From positions 868,001 through 932,000 of the forward strand of contig NEEC01000017.1 of assembly GCA_002189035.1 (NCBI GenBank): DNA of 64,000 nucleotides, read 5' to 3'. Of the stretch, positions 1 to 10,544 are shown piece by piece (positions within the stretch are counted from its first letter, which is position 1; each line of letters begins with the position of its first letter). The notes beneath the pieces were generated by a model that did not search any database, was not told the DNA's origin, and saw only the letters and a list, made by a program, of their open reading frames with translations. The translations under genes were made by a program, and so were the position numbers. This DNA comes from Utricularia gibba. Lineage: Eukaryota > Plantae > Magnoliophyta.

Positions 1-934
1 GGAATGGGTATACATTTTAATTTTTTTTGTTTGTTAAAGAACTCGATCCTTACTACTAATTCGAATCGATGAGCGATATTCACAACCATATAACTCAAAA
101 TGTTTATAAAAATCCTAATCTTATGGCTGAAACCCATATGATTCTTCAAAATGATTAAAATTATTATACATGTATGATGATGGTATTAAGTGGTGCATGT
201 TTTAGTTGAAATTAGATGGTATAGGATAGTTAATCAATGACAGTGCAATAGGAGGCCTCAATATTGCTATTAGAAATCCAAAGTATATAAATCCATCTTA
301 AATTTTGAAGTTACAAAATTCAAAATGTAAGTGAGAGTATTTTGATTTGAAATCTCAATGTAGCAAATGCCATCAAAATTAATATCATAGAATTTTGCAC
401 CTAAATAAATTGAAAATCAACATTGACACTAAACTTTTCATGGAGATAACATTCAACAAATGAATCAAAGAAATCGTAGATTTCAAAGGTGAGATAAATG
501 ATTATCACCAAATTTCAAATATAAATAAAAATGTCAAATACAAATTATAATTAAAATAATTTTAAAAAGGGTATGAAGGTAATTACATAATTAGGTAATT
601 TAAAAGTATTTTTTTTATTTAAGCATTGTTCAATTCATAACCTTCAAGGTCGCACTTTTTGTAAACGGTGCTTATTTATAATTATTACAGCAAGCATCGG
701 ATGGAATCTGCTCTGCAATCAAATCAAATACAGAAGAGTTCCAGCGAAGTGTGGGGTCCATGAAAATATTATCCGAATTCTGGATGAAGCTGTTCCTAAT
801 TTCCAGGAGAAATTTTTGAATTGGTTTTTGTTTTTGTTTTTGTTTTGTTTTTTTATTTGTTTTGTCGTTGATTGGGGGAAATCAGTGGATAATTTCAGTT
901 GTCACTTCGTTGACGGCGGCGGCGGAGAGTTTGG

Positions 935-1538
935 ATGGAACCGGGAGAGCCAAATTGGACCTGGAACGAGGACAAGGTGTTCGAAAATTGTTTGTTGGAA
1001 TTTGAAGAGGGCTGTCCCAATCGGTGGGAGAGCATCGCGGAGAGGCTCAGGACGAAATCGCCAGCGGAAGTTGAGCGGCACTATGCCGCATTGTTGAGCG
1101 ACGTGACGGCGATTGATGCAGGGCTGATTGATCTACCCAAGTATCAGGAGAGGGAAGTTCCTGTGCCGCAGGCACGCCAGAAAAACCCCAAGTCCGATAA
1201 GAAGCCGGCGGTTGTGCAGAGAAAAGTTGGGAAGCCGTGGACTGAAGAGGAACATAGGTTAACACGTTTTTTCCTTTATTTCTGCTCCCATCCTCTTTGG
1301 ACTGATCAGCAATGATGGAAAGAACCAACCTTGTTATTCTGTTGTATGATGCAGAAGGTTCCTTCAAGGTCTGGAGAAATACGGAAAGGGAGATTGGAAG
1401 AGCATATCAAGATACGCGGTTCAGACAAGAAATCCGACCCAAGTTGCGAGCCATGCTCAAAAGCATTTCGAGCGTCAAGAAAAGGAGGAGGCGAACAAGA
1501 AAAGGAGAAGCATCTTTGATTGCCCAATTCCTGAATGA
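935..1538 (+). CDS. Short DIVARICATA/SRM1-like two-repeat MYB transcription factor (2 exons: 935-1257, 1355-1538; 168 aa)
   Basis: SANT repeat WTWNEDKVFE...RWESIA...EVERHY, then PWTEEEHR|RFLQGLEKYGKGDWKSISR...TQVASHAQKHF...KKRRSIFD after a GT(1258)-AG(1354) intron; stop TGA 1536-1538. Confidence 0.9.
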
Positions 1539-2081
1539 TGCTCTGTGGCTGCTAAGCTTCCTAACCAATTTTATTCCCTTGATTTCATTGAATTCAGTAA
1601 AGGAATTCTAGTGCACTCTCTGATTTAGTTGTGTATGTTAATATATGTTAATGTTAGATGTTTAATTGATAATGGAAGTTTGATGCCCTTTTCAAGCTGA
1701 TGTTTATCTATATAGAAATTTTATTTCACATTATCATGCTGAATAAAGGGTCTTATTTCTGATAACAGGATAATCGGGCGCCTTTTCAAAATTTTTGTCG
1801 TAGTATTTGTTGCAGTTCACGTATTTTTCTGTAACATATATGGATCTGTATGAAAGTCCACGAAAAGTAGGTGGTCAATGGAAGTCTTTATGATGCCAAA
1901 GGTGTGTGGCAACAAGAAAGCAGTTGATCCAATTCTGTGATATGTGCACAGAAAGCTTGTTCCCCAACTGCCATTGTCTTCTCAAGAAGCAAGCATGTCT
2001 TTGGTCAGTTTTTGAGTGAGGTACTATATAACATACGACCCTACTTGCTCTTTCTCTCAGGCCCTAGGGAGTCTCCTGGAA

Positions 2082-4816
2082 ATGGAGTTCATCAGACAGG
2101 ACGAAATAGAAGCTTTTCCACAGTCTGCCCCAGCCACACACCCAAATCAGATCTCTGGCAGGAGTGGCTTTGGGCGTGATGTTGGGTTAATATCCCAAGC
2201 TGACCAGAGATATAACAGTTTTCATATTGAAATAAGTGAAGAAAAATCGAGCTCTAGACAAATTGGAGCTTTACCAATTTTTCTCAAGGCAGGCCGTCAT
2301 CAATGTTTATTCTGTTTCGTTCCTTTTTTTTTTATCACTTACGAATTGGTTTGCTTTTGGTGCAGTTTGTGGATGTGGAGTTTAAGGTACGAGCTAGAAA
2401 AGGCTCACCTTTTAATCCATTTAATTGTATCTTGTCAAGTGTAGCTTCACATTTGAGCGTTGAACAAGACAACTACAAGCAAATTTTGAAAGGCATAAGT
2501 GGGAGCATTGGTCCTGGTGAGATCCTAGCCCTTATGGGGCCTTCAGGTAGCGGAAAGACAACGTTGTTGAAAATTGTTGGAGGTAGACTTAAAGAAAATG
2601 TTAAGGGAACTGTTACCTACAATGGTGTTCTATATAGCCCTGCTCTCAAGAAGAGGTATGCTGAAGGTCAACCAACACTGACTAAGAAAGTTGCTTTGTG
2701 GACGAGATACTGAAGGTTTCATCTCCTTCATTTTCAGGATTGGTTTTGTGACACAAGATGATGTGCTCTTTCCACAGTTAACGGTGAAAGAAACCCTGGT
2801 TTTTGCTGCAAACTTACGGCTTCCTGGCGTGATGAGCAAACAGCAGAAGTATGAAAGAGTGGAGGTTATTCTTAAGGAATTAGGTCTCGAAAGGTTTGTT
2901 TGTAACACAACATATAAAGATAATTTAAAAATGGGTCACAAAGTATTAGAATAGTGGATGAATTCCACCTTCTTGCAGGTGCTCTGATACTAAGATTGGT
3001 GGTGGGTTCGTAAAAGGTATATCTGGTGGAGAGAGGAAGCGAACCAGTATAGGGCATGAAATACTTGTTGATCCTTCACTGTTGTTGCTTGACGAACCAA
3101 CTTCAGGTCTGGATTCAACTTCAGCTAACAAACTACTTCAAATGCTCCAAGGACTTGCAAAGGTAAATGACACAAGAGTAAGATTTAAACGACCTGCATT
3201 TGTCCGTTTTCAAAGCAATTGACATTTGGCCCTCATATAGGCAGGGAGGACAGTTATCACAACTATTCATCAACCATCAAGCCGGCTGTTTCACATGTTT
3301 GATAAAGTACTGCTGATAGCAGAAGGGTATCCCATATACAATGGAAAAGCCCGAGAATCCTTGGATTACTTTTCAAGTTTAAGATTTGTTCCTGAGATAA
3401 CTATGAATCCTGCAGAATTCTTGCTGGACCTGGCCACAGGACAGGTGAATGACATTAGCGTTCCAGAGGAATTATTTCCATCACAAGGAGCTGCAGAATT
3501 TGAGACGGTCATAAAGAAGGTAAAGATGGCTTTACTACCCTCGATTTTCCGTTCACCACTTGAGTCCTTTTCCTGCTCTCCTATCTCTGTACTAGTATCT
3601 GCAACATAAATATAAAGTAGAGCTGGAGCCAGCAGAAAAAGAATGTCAAGCGGAAGTGCCTGAGTGGCTTCATTTAGCTATACAATTGAAGAAAGATTGG
3701 AACCTGAGTTGGTTTCAACAATTTCAAATATTGATGAAACGAACTTTCAAAGAAAGATGGAGAGATTACTTTGATCAGCTCCGCTTGATTCAAGCTTCTG
3801 GAGTTGCAGTTCTCCTAGGCCTTCTCTGGTGGAAATCCTCAACAAAAACGGAATCCCAGCTTAGGGATCAGGTAATGTTTTCACTCTCAATGCATTACAC
3901 CTTGGAACAAGGTGAACGGTCCACTAATTCTTGAATGTTATACTTGCAGATAGGCTTATTGTTTTATATTTGTATTTTCTGGACCTCTTCGTCTATATTT
4001 GGAGCAGTTTATGTCTTCCCTTTCGAGAAGCTGTATCTAGTGAAAGAGCGACAGGGGGATATGTATAGATTAAGCGTTTACTATGTCTGCAGCACATTGT
4101 GTGATATGGTGGCTCATTTGTCATATCCCACCTTCTTCATGAGCATCTTGTACTTCATGGTTGGCTTCAAGAAAACAGTGGAATGCTTCTTCTCCACTTT
4201 ATCAGCAATACTCCTGATTGCGGTCACCAGCCAAGTAAGAGGAAAGCATTGCATTCTATTTTGCTTTCCATTTTCCTTCCTCTGCATACTTCCATGCTTC
4301 AACAACCATTACATCATGCACAATCCAGGGAGCTGGGGAGCTTTTCGGAGCAGCAGTGATGAGCATCAGGCGGTCCGGGATGATTGCGTCCCTGATACTA
4401 ATGCTGTTTCTACTCACTGGTGGATATTATGTTCAGGTAGCAACAACATTCTTTCAACACCCCGATGAAACCAAAAGCTCAACTAGGGAACCCATCCCTT
4501 CCCAAGTTTATTGAAACCTTGTGTTCGGAAATGAAATTTGTTGCAGCACATACCCGAATTCATGCAATGGTTGAAGTATGCATCGTTCCTGTATTACGGG
4601 TTCCGGCTACTGGTGAAGGTGCAGTACTCAGGGGACGATCTGTACGAGTGCGAAAGCTCCGGAGGCTGCCGGAGCTTGCAGACCTCGCCGTCATTCGACA
4701 CGGTGAGCTTGGAAGGTGGAGTGAGAGAGGTTTGGGTCTTGCTGGCGATGGCGCTGGCGTACCGCTTCCTTGCGTATCTTTGTCTACGAAGAAAGATCAA
4801 CAGTTACCGTTTGTAA
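2082..4816 (+). CDS. ABCG26: ABC transporter G family member 26 (tapetal sporopollenin-precursor exporter); exons 2082-2288, 2366-2655, 2738-2893, 2979-3162, 3241-3519, 3596-3871, 3950-4234, 4329-4436, 4547-4816
   Basis: Walker A GPSGSGKT, signature ISGGERKR, Walker [13 protein letters not shown], and ABCG26-type segments LPIFLK|[55 protein letters not shown]. Exon phases join to 684 aa. A possible 9-nt upstream coding exon lies at 1995-2003. Confidence 0.95.
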
Positions 4817-5241
4817 TAATGGATGCTCGTGCAAATTGATTTAAGAATAATGAATAATGTTTTTCTTTTGAAATAGCGACGATGTGGTGGGGTCCACCGA
4901 TTCACGTCAAACGGTCGATCGGAGGGTAAGGGCGGGACACGAGCTCCGGAACTGCAGAAAAACTTCATTGAGGAAGAAGAGTGCGATTGCGACTTGGGCA
5001 GTTGCGCATTGTATTAGGAGATTCTTCGATCGCAAGCCGTTGTCCTGGTCATTCGCCTGAGAGCAGCGGGGGATATTTAATTGTTTTGGCGTTTATGGAT
5101 GCTCGGTGGGGTGGCGAAAGCGATAGATGGGGCTTTTGAAGGGACCGTTAATTGGTGGGAGGCATTGTTTGAAGTCTAACGCTTTTGACGTTGATCATTG
5201 TTTTTCTCTTTTGGGTTTTTTTCCGGGAAAGGCGGGGGGAT

Positions 5242-7259
5242 ATGGAACTGGTGCCACATGGCTCCGACACCAATTCTGAATCGGCAACCTTCTTTCCGCC
5301 GTGGCAGGAGATGTTCCGATCTGCGTCCATGAGAAAGCCGGAGGGAGATCCCGCGCCATCGCAGCAATCGCAGCGGAATTGCGATGACAAAGCAAGCTCC
5401 TTCTCTAGTGACCCTCAGGTGCGACTCGCTCTATACATAGCTATGGCGCACGCTGGTTTGGCTTTCGCGATATTTGTTCTCTATGGAGTTTGTAAGATTT
5501 TAGAGAATTTCATGCGCCCGATTTTGTGGGCTGTACTCTGTTCAATTCCATTGAGAGGTATTCAAGAGACACTTGTGGAGTTTTGGTCTGAGCCTTTGAA
5601 GTTAGGCCTCACTGAAACCATTCTGGCTATTCCTGTGGCCATATTCAGAGTTTTCTTTGGAACCCTTGTGGAAATGAAAGAAGTTATTTTTAGATTTGTT
5701 CTTAGGAAGAAGAAGGTTACTTCTTTGAGGAAGAAAAAGAGTGGATTCTTCAAACTGTTGAGATGGCTAGTCTCTTTTTCTTTATTTGTATTCGCTTATG
5801 AGCGTATTGGTACAATTGGATCCATTTTACTTCTTCTATTGGGATTCATGTTCACTTCTACTGGTGTAGAATCCACCATGAGTAAGGTTTCTTCACTGAG
5901 GAGCAACAGTTTCCGCCGGCTTCCATTGAGCTCATTCTTCACAAGGGGAATATTGAAAAGATTGAAAACCTTTGTAGCTATTGGTTTGATTGTTGCTATG
6001 ATCATTGGATCACTGGCCGGCATGATCTTCTTCTCTTACAAGATCGGTATGGAGGGAAAAAATGCTGTCATTGCCCTGAAATCCCACCTAGAAGAAAGCA
6101 ACTACCATGAGAAGATAGGAGTTAAGCAATGGATGGAAGAAAATGATGTTCCTTCGATGGTGGATAACTACTCTAGCAAGCTTTATGGAACCATTTCTGA
6201 GCAGATTGATAGTTTGGCTCTGCAGTACAATTTGACAGAATTTGTTGATGGGATTAAACAGTTTGTTTTAACGACATCAGGGGATTCCAGCTCTAGGTCT
6301 ACAACAATGGTGAACCCTTCTTCCCCTTTTGCTGAAAAGATACTGCGCCTCAAGGATCGAGTCAAGGAACGTGAATGGGGGCAGATATATGCAGAAGGCG
6401 ATGCTATTTTTCGTGAAGTGGTGATCAGTAGAGAGGATTTGGTTGTGAAGGCTAAAGGGTTTGCTTCTCAAGGCATGAATGTGCTACAAAGTATCGTAGT
6501 TAGTAGTACCTCACTTCTTGGAGGAAGTGCTAGGCTCACATTCATCATCGGAAAGTCCATTCTCTCCGGTGCTGCGGGAATATTCAACTTCCTTTCACAA
6601 TCAATGGTTTTCTTTTGGGTTCTATACTATCTGATCACCTCTGAATCTGGTGGAGTCACAGAACAAGTAATGCGCATGCTTCCCATCTCAGAATCAGCCC
6701 GAACACGATGCGTTGAAGTCCTGGATAACGCTATATCCGGCGTCCTTCTGGCTACAGCTGAGATCGCTTTGTTCCAGGGATGCTTGACTTTGCTTTTGTT
6801 CAGACTCTTCTCCATACACTTCCTCTACATGTCCACTGTGCTGGCATTCCTCAGTTCCCTCCTCCCTCTATTCCCACAGCTGGTTTCGACAATTCCGGCG
6901 GCGATTCAGCTGCTGCTCGAGGGCCGGTACGTGGTGGCCATCGGACTGTCCATCATTCATCTCGGGTTGATGGACTATGGAGCCATGGAAATACAAGAAG
7001 ACATACCTCGTTACAGTGCTTATCTCACAGGCCTCAGCATCATAGGAGGAATGACTCTCTTCTCTTCTGCTTTCGAGGTTTGATCTTCTTCTTCCCTAAA
7101 ATCTGTTACAGAAACTCTGCAATTCAATGCTGGAAATCACAAGCAAGGTGGTGCATGCAGGGGGCAATCATGGGGCCGTTGATAACCACTGTGGTCATTG
7201 TTCTCAAGGACTTGTACGTGGAGTTCTTGATGAATGTGTCCCATGATGACAACAAGTGA
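5242..7259 (+). CDS. TMEM245-like / AI-2E-family multi-pass membrane protein (exons 5242-7077, 7161-7259; 644 aa)
   Basis: Starts MELVPHGSD...[14 protein letters not shown]; many hydrophobic helices; C-terminus [19 protein letters not shown]|[22 protein letters not shown] matches the plant TMEM245-like family (At5g55960-like, recalled). Confidence 0.85.
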
Positions 7260-8015
7260 ATCGTCCGATGAAACGACTGCGGTCTGCGTCGTTTCATGTC
7301 CCTTGTTCTTGAAAAGAAAAAGGGGTGCTTTCCATTCGTTGATACGAACCCTCCCCGTAATTCGTACAATTTAATTTCATTTAATTGATATTCGTATTTC
7401 AAGATTAGTGAATAATAGCCGGGTTTTAAATTTCATTTGGGCTTTTCCAGCTCATGGGAGGCCCAACAGTTTTTGGGGAAGCCCGCCCATTTTTGAAGAG
7501 TAACTAACGGAAGCTTCATCCGTCCATTTGGACCAGAAGATTTCGCCTTCATTGCCTCTGTAGCTATGGCGACTCTCATTTGGGAGGCGGGAGGAGGAAG
7601 CACTAATTGACCGACGATAACTGTAATCGTAACTTTTCATCTCTTTTTCTTCGTTAATAATGAAGAAGAAGATAATTTCTGTTGTATGAAAGTAATTAAT
7701 GGTTATGATGATTGGATTTGGATTATGTGGGTTTTACGGAGACCACGTCTCGTTGTTTTGCCGCGTATATGTTCGTGGATTCAGCTTGTTGTGTGGTGGG
7801 GAAGTTGTGCCAGGTGATTGTGAGCGGTTAATTCCACTCCCACAGGGCGGAACCAGGGCAAAGGTTTTTGAAGAAATTGGATGGAGGTTTCATCTTGCGT
7901 CAGGAAAGTGGCTGTTTACCTTTTTTGGGTGTAGTTACAGCCCTGGATAGTTTTGATTAACTCCCTGTTTTTAACCTACAAGAAGGCTGACAAGAAACTA
8001 CTGGATGCTTTTGCA

Positions 8016-9176
8016 ATGAACGGGCAGCATATATCTGTATGGGATTCGTTGTGCAGTTGAGGAAATCCAGTTTCTGTGCAAGAGGATAGGATATCTCGAA
8101 ATCCATCTTCCTTTATGGTTGGATGGGCGATGAGGATTTCAAGGTCAAGATGGTATAGATTATTTAGACGAATGTTTCATTACCAGAATGGATTCTTATC
8201 AGGATCAGGATCCCGACTGGGACCGAATCCATTTGATTCCAAGAATTGGATGCTGATGGAGTTCATTGCACTCTCAGTTCAGATAACTTTGATTGCTTAT
8301 TTTGTGACACTTTCCATGAAGGAAAAACCTGCTTGGCTTATGAGGATATGGGCTTCAGGCTATGGTTTTGCGTGTTTCCTCAGTCTGGTTCTGCTCTGTT
8401 TGCGTTACTGGTTTTGTCTCTCTCCTCAAGATAATTCAAGTACTTCCGATATTGAGTTGCAGGGAACCCGTGGCGAATCAAGGTAAAGTAAAAACCTTGT
8501 GTTACTTATTTTGTTCATGTATTGGTTTCTTTTTTAGATGAGTAAAGTTTTTCTAAACAATAACAAGTTGGCATGCATTAACAGCAGCCTGAATTACATT
8601 CAAAAGCTGAAGACTTGGCTTGAATTGGCGTTTGCAATTTGGTTTGTGGTGGGCAATGTTTGGATGTTGGATGCTCGTTATAGCTCATTTCATCATCGAG
8701 ATCCAAAGCTTCGTACCCTCTGTATATTTCTCCTGGCCTTGAATGTTCTGAGCTACTCCTTCCCCTTCATACTATTTGTAATCCTCTGCTGTTGCATACC
8801 CCTGCTTAGCGAACACAGTGGCTATAACATGAACATGGAGTCCTCATCCCCCCACAGTGGAGCTACAGACGAGCAGCTTGCCGACCTGCCCCATTGGAGG
8901 TTCGATGGTTTCGATCTCATGGATCACAGGAACTTAGCTAGGATCAACCAAGAAAAGCAAGTAGGGTTAAATTCTTATTGTTCCTGATATTGTTTGCATT
9001 TCTCGATTCAGTAAAATGATCGACAGGAATGGTGCTGTATATGCTTGGGTGAGTTCAGGGCAAAGGAAGAGATCAGACCGTTGCCATGCGGTCATATTTT
9101 CCATCTCAGCTGTGTGAATCGGTGGCTCAAGATCATGGCTACTTGCCCCCTCTGTAAACAAGGGATAGTAAGCTAG
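8016..9176 (+). CDS. Transmembrane RING-H2 E3 ubiquitin ligase (At5g55970/At4g26580-like); exons 8016-8482, 8585-8960, 9027-9176; in-frame TGA at 8058-8060, next in-frame ATGs at 8115 and 8130
   Basis: AMRISRSRW...FHYQNG...NPF, LELAFAIWFVVGNVW, LSYSFPFILFVILCCC and a complete RING-H2 (CCICLGEF...LPCGHIFHLSCVNRWLKIMATCPLCK). Canonical splice sites with a NAGNAG acceptor at 8582-8587. Confidence 0.85.
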
Positions 9177-10544
9177 TTGATTATCTAGTGCACCAGCCTG
9201 ATCCTTCATCTGTAACTTACCTGCATATTAAGACTGCAAAAAAGAATCATTTTAGTTCTTGCTCCCATCGCCATGTCTGCAAGTCTACCACGTCAATAGA
9301 GATGAATTCACTAGCTATCCACTGATAGGCATTCTAAAGGAAGAAAGGAGTGTGGCAAAAGAAAGAAGCATGGGGTGAAATCAGCTGACTTTTACGGTGG
9401 GGAATCTACAGACAGGATGATGTAAATGAGAAGGGGATGAGGTGAAGTTCACCTTGCACACCATACTGACTCGGCAAAGTGAAAAAGAATTAGCTGGTGG
9501 AAATAAGTCACCGGGGAATGCGACATTTCACTGATGCGGAAGGACAGTGAAAAATGTAAAAACCATGGGCATCGATTTTAACCGCGAGAGATTTACCGGA
9601 TTAGGGTTCCCGGTTGCTGCACGAAAATGGATCCATCATCTGAGGTGCATTTATTGATGGAAGGACGAGCGTCGTGTCCCTGCCGAATCCAATGGTATCT
9701 TGCAACCCACAATCATCTCAGGGATATATGTCCTTCTACTCCTGCTTCCATGCACCTGTCCCTGTCGTCCTCCTGGTTACCAAACTGCACCATGAGAATC
9801 AAATTCAATGAGTTTCATGGGGGCTATGTAATTGCATTTCGCAGCTGGAGCACACAAAATTTATTGGTTTTTTTCACAATTCAAGCAGGAGGAAGACATG
9901 GGATGCGGATGTTCTTGGTTTCTGAGGAGGGAAGGGAAGGGAAGGTAAGGGGAAGCAGAGTGAAAAACATTTCCCAGAAACAAGTCCCCGGAGTTAAAAA
10001 CCGGTGAAAGATAATAAATATGTGATGAATAATCACTTTCACTAGCTGGGGTTCTGTTTCCACTTTCCACCAGGGGCTCCTTCATTTATAATGTGGGCTT
10101 TGTTAGTAAGCCACTGAATAATCTGAATGCATGGTAACAGGAGAACATTTATTTCGTGGTTGAGAAATTACCATCCGCCTAGTGGAAATGGATCCTCCCT
10201 CGGTAGCATTTTGGTGAGACTAATGATGGTTTCATGTGCTGCTGACTTTGGGATGTGGAGGAGCTAGAATCCAAAGGAGTTGCCAAGGCTCTGCAACCTG
10301 GAAACAGGAGCTAAAAAAGGAGCAAAAGCTACGGATCCACCGCGATAAAAATCCTCCATCAACATCACCATTTTCTATGGTAACACTCTCAGAGCATTAA
10401 AAACAGTAAAAAAGAAAAAAATGGCAGTTGTCTTTGAATCTGCATCTATCTTCCTTCAGTCTCATCTATAAACATAAGCATGGAGGCTGCTGCCCTCTGC
10501 CTATATCTCGACAATCCCAACAAACTGATCACCTTGCATCAGCA

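Noticed and set aside
9415-9470. Possible C/D box snoRNA (ATGATG...CTGA)
   Set aside because: C box imperfect, too short, no terminal stem or recognisable rRNA guide.
9720-9790. Minus-strand FGNQEDDRDRCMEAGVEGHIS resembling a receiver-domain end
   Set aside because: Too short, ends in a stop, and no other receiver motifs nearby.
9980-10380. RGF/GLV, PSY or CLE ligand gene next to the RGI receptor
   Set aside because: No DY...(H/N)N, CLE or PSY mature motif in any frame or plausible splice combination.
10428-10544. 39-aa N-terminal extension of the receptor in the ORF track
   Set aside because: Starts at TTG; the signal peptide begins at ATG 10545.
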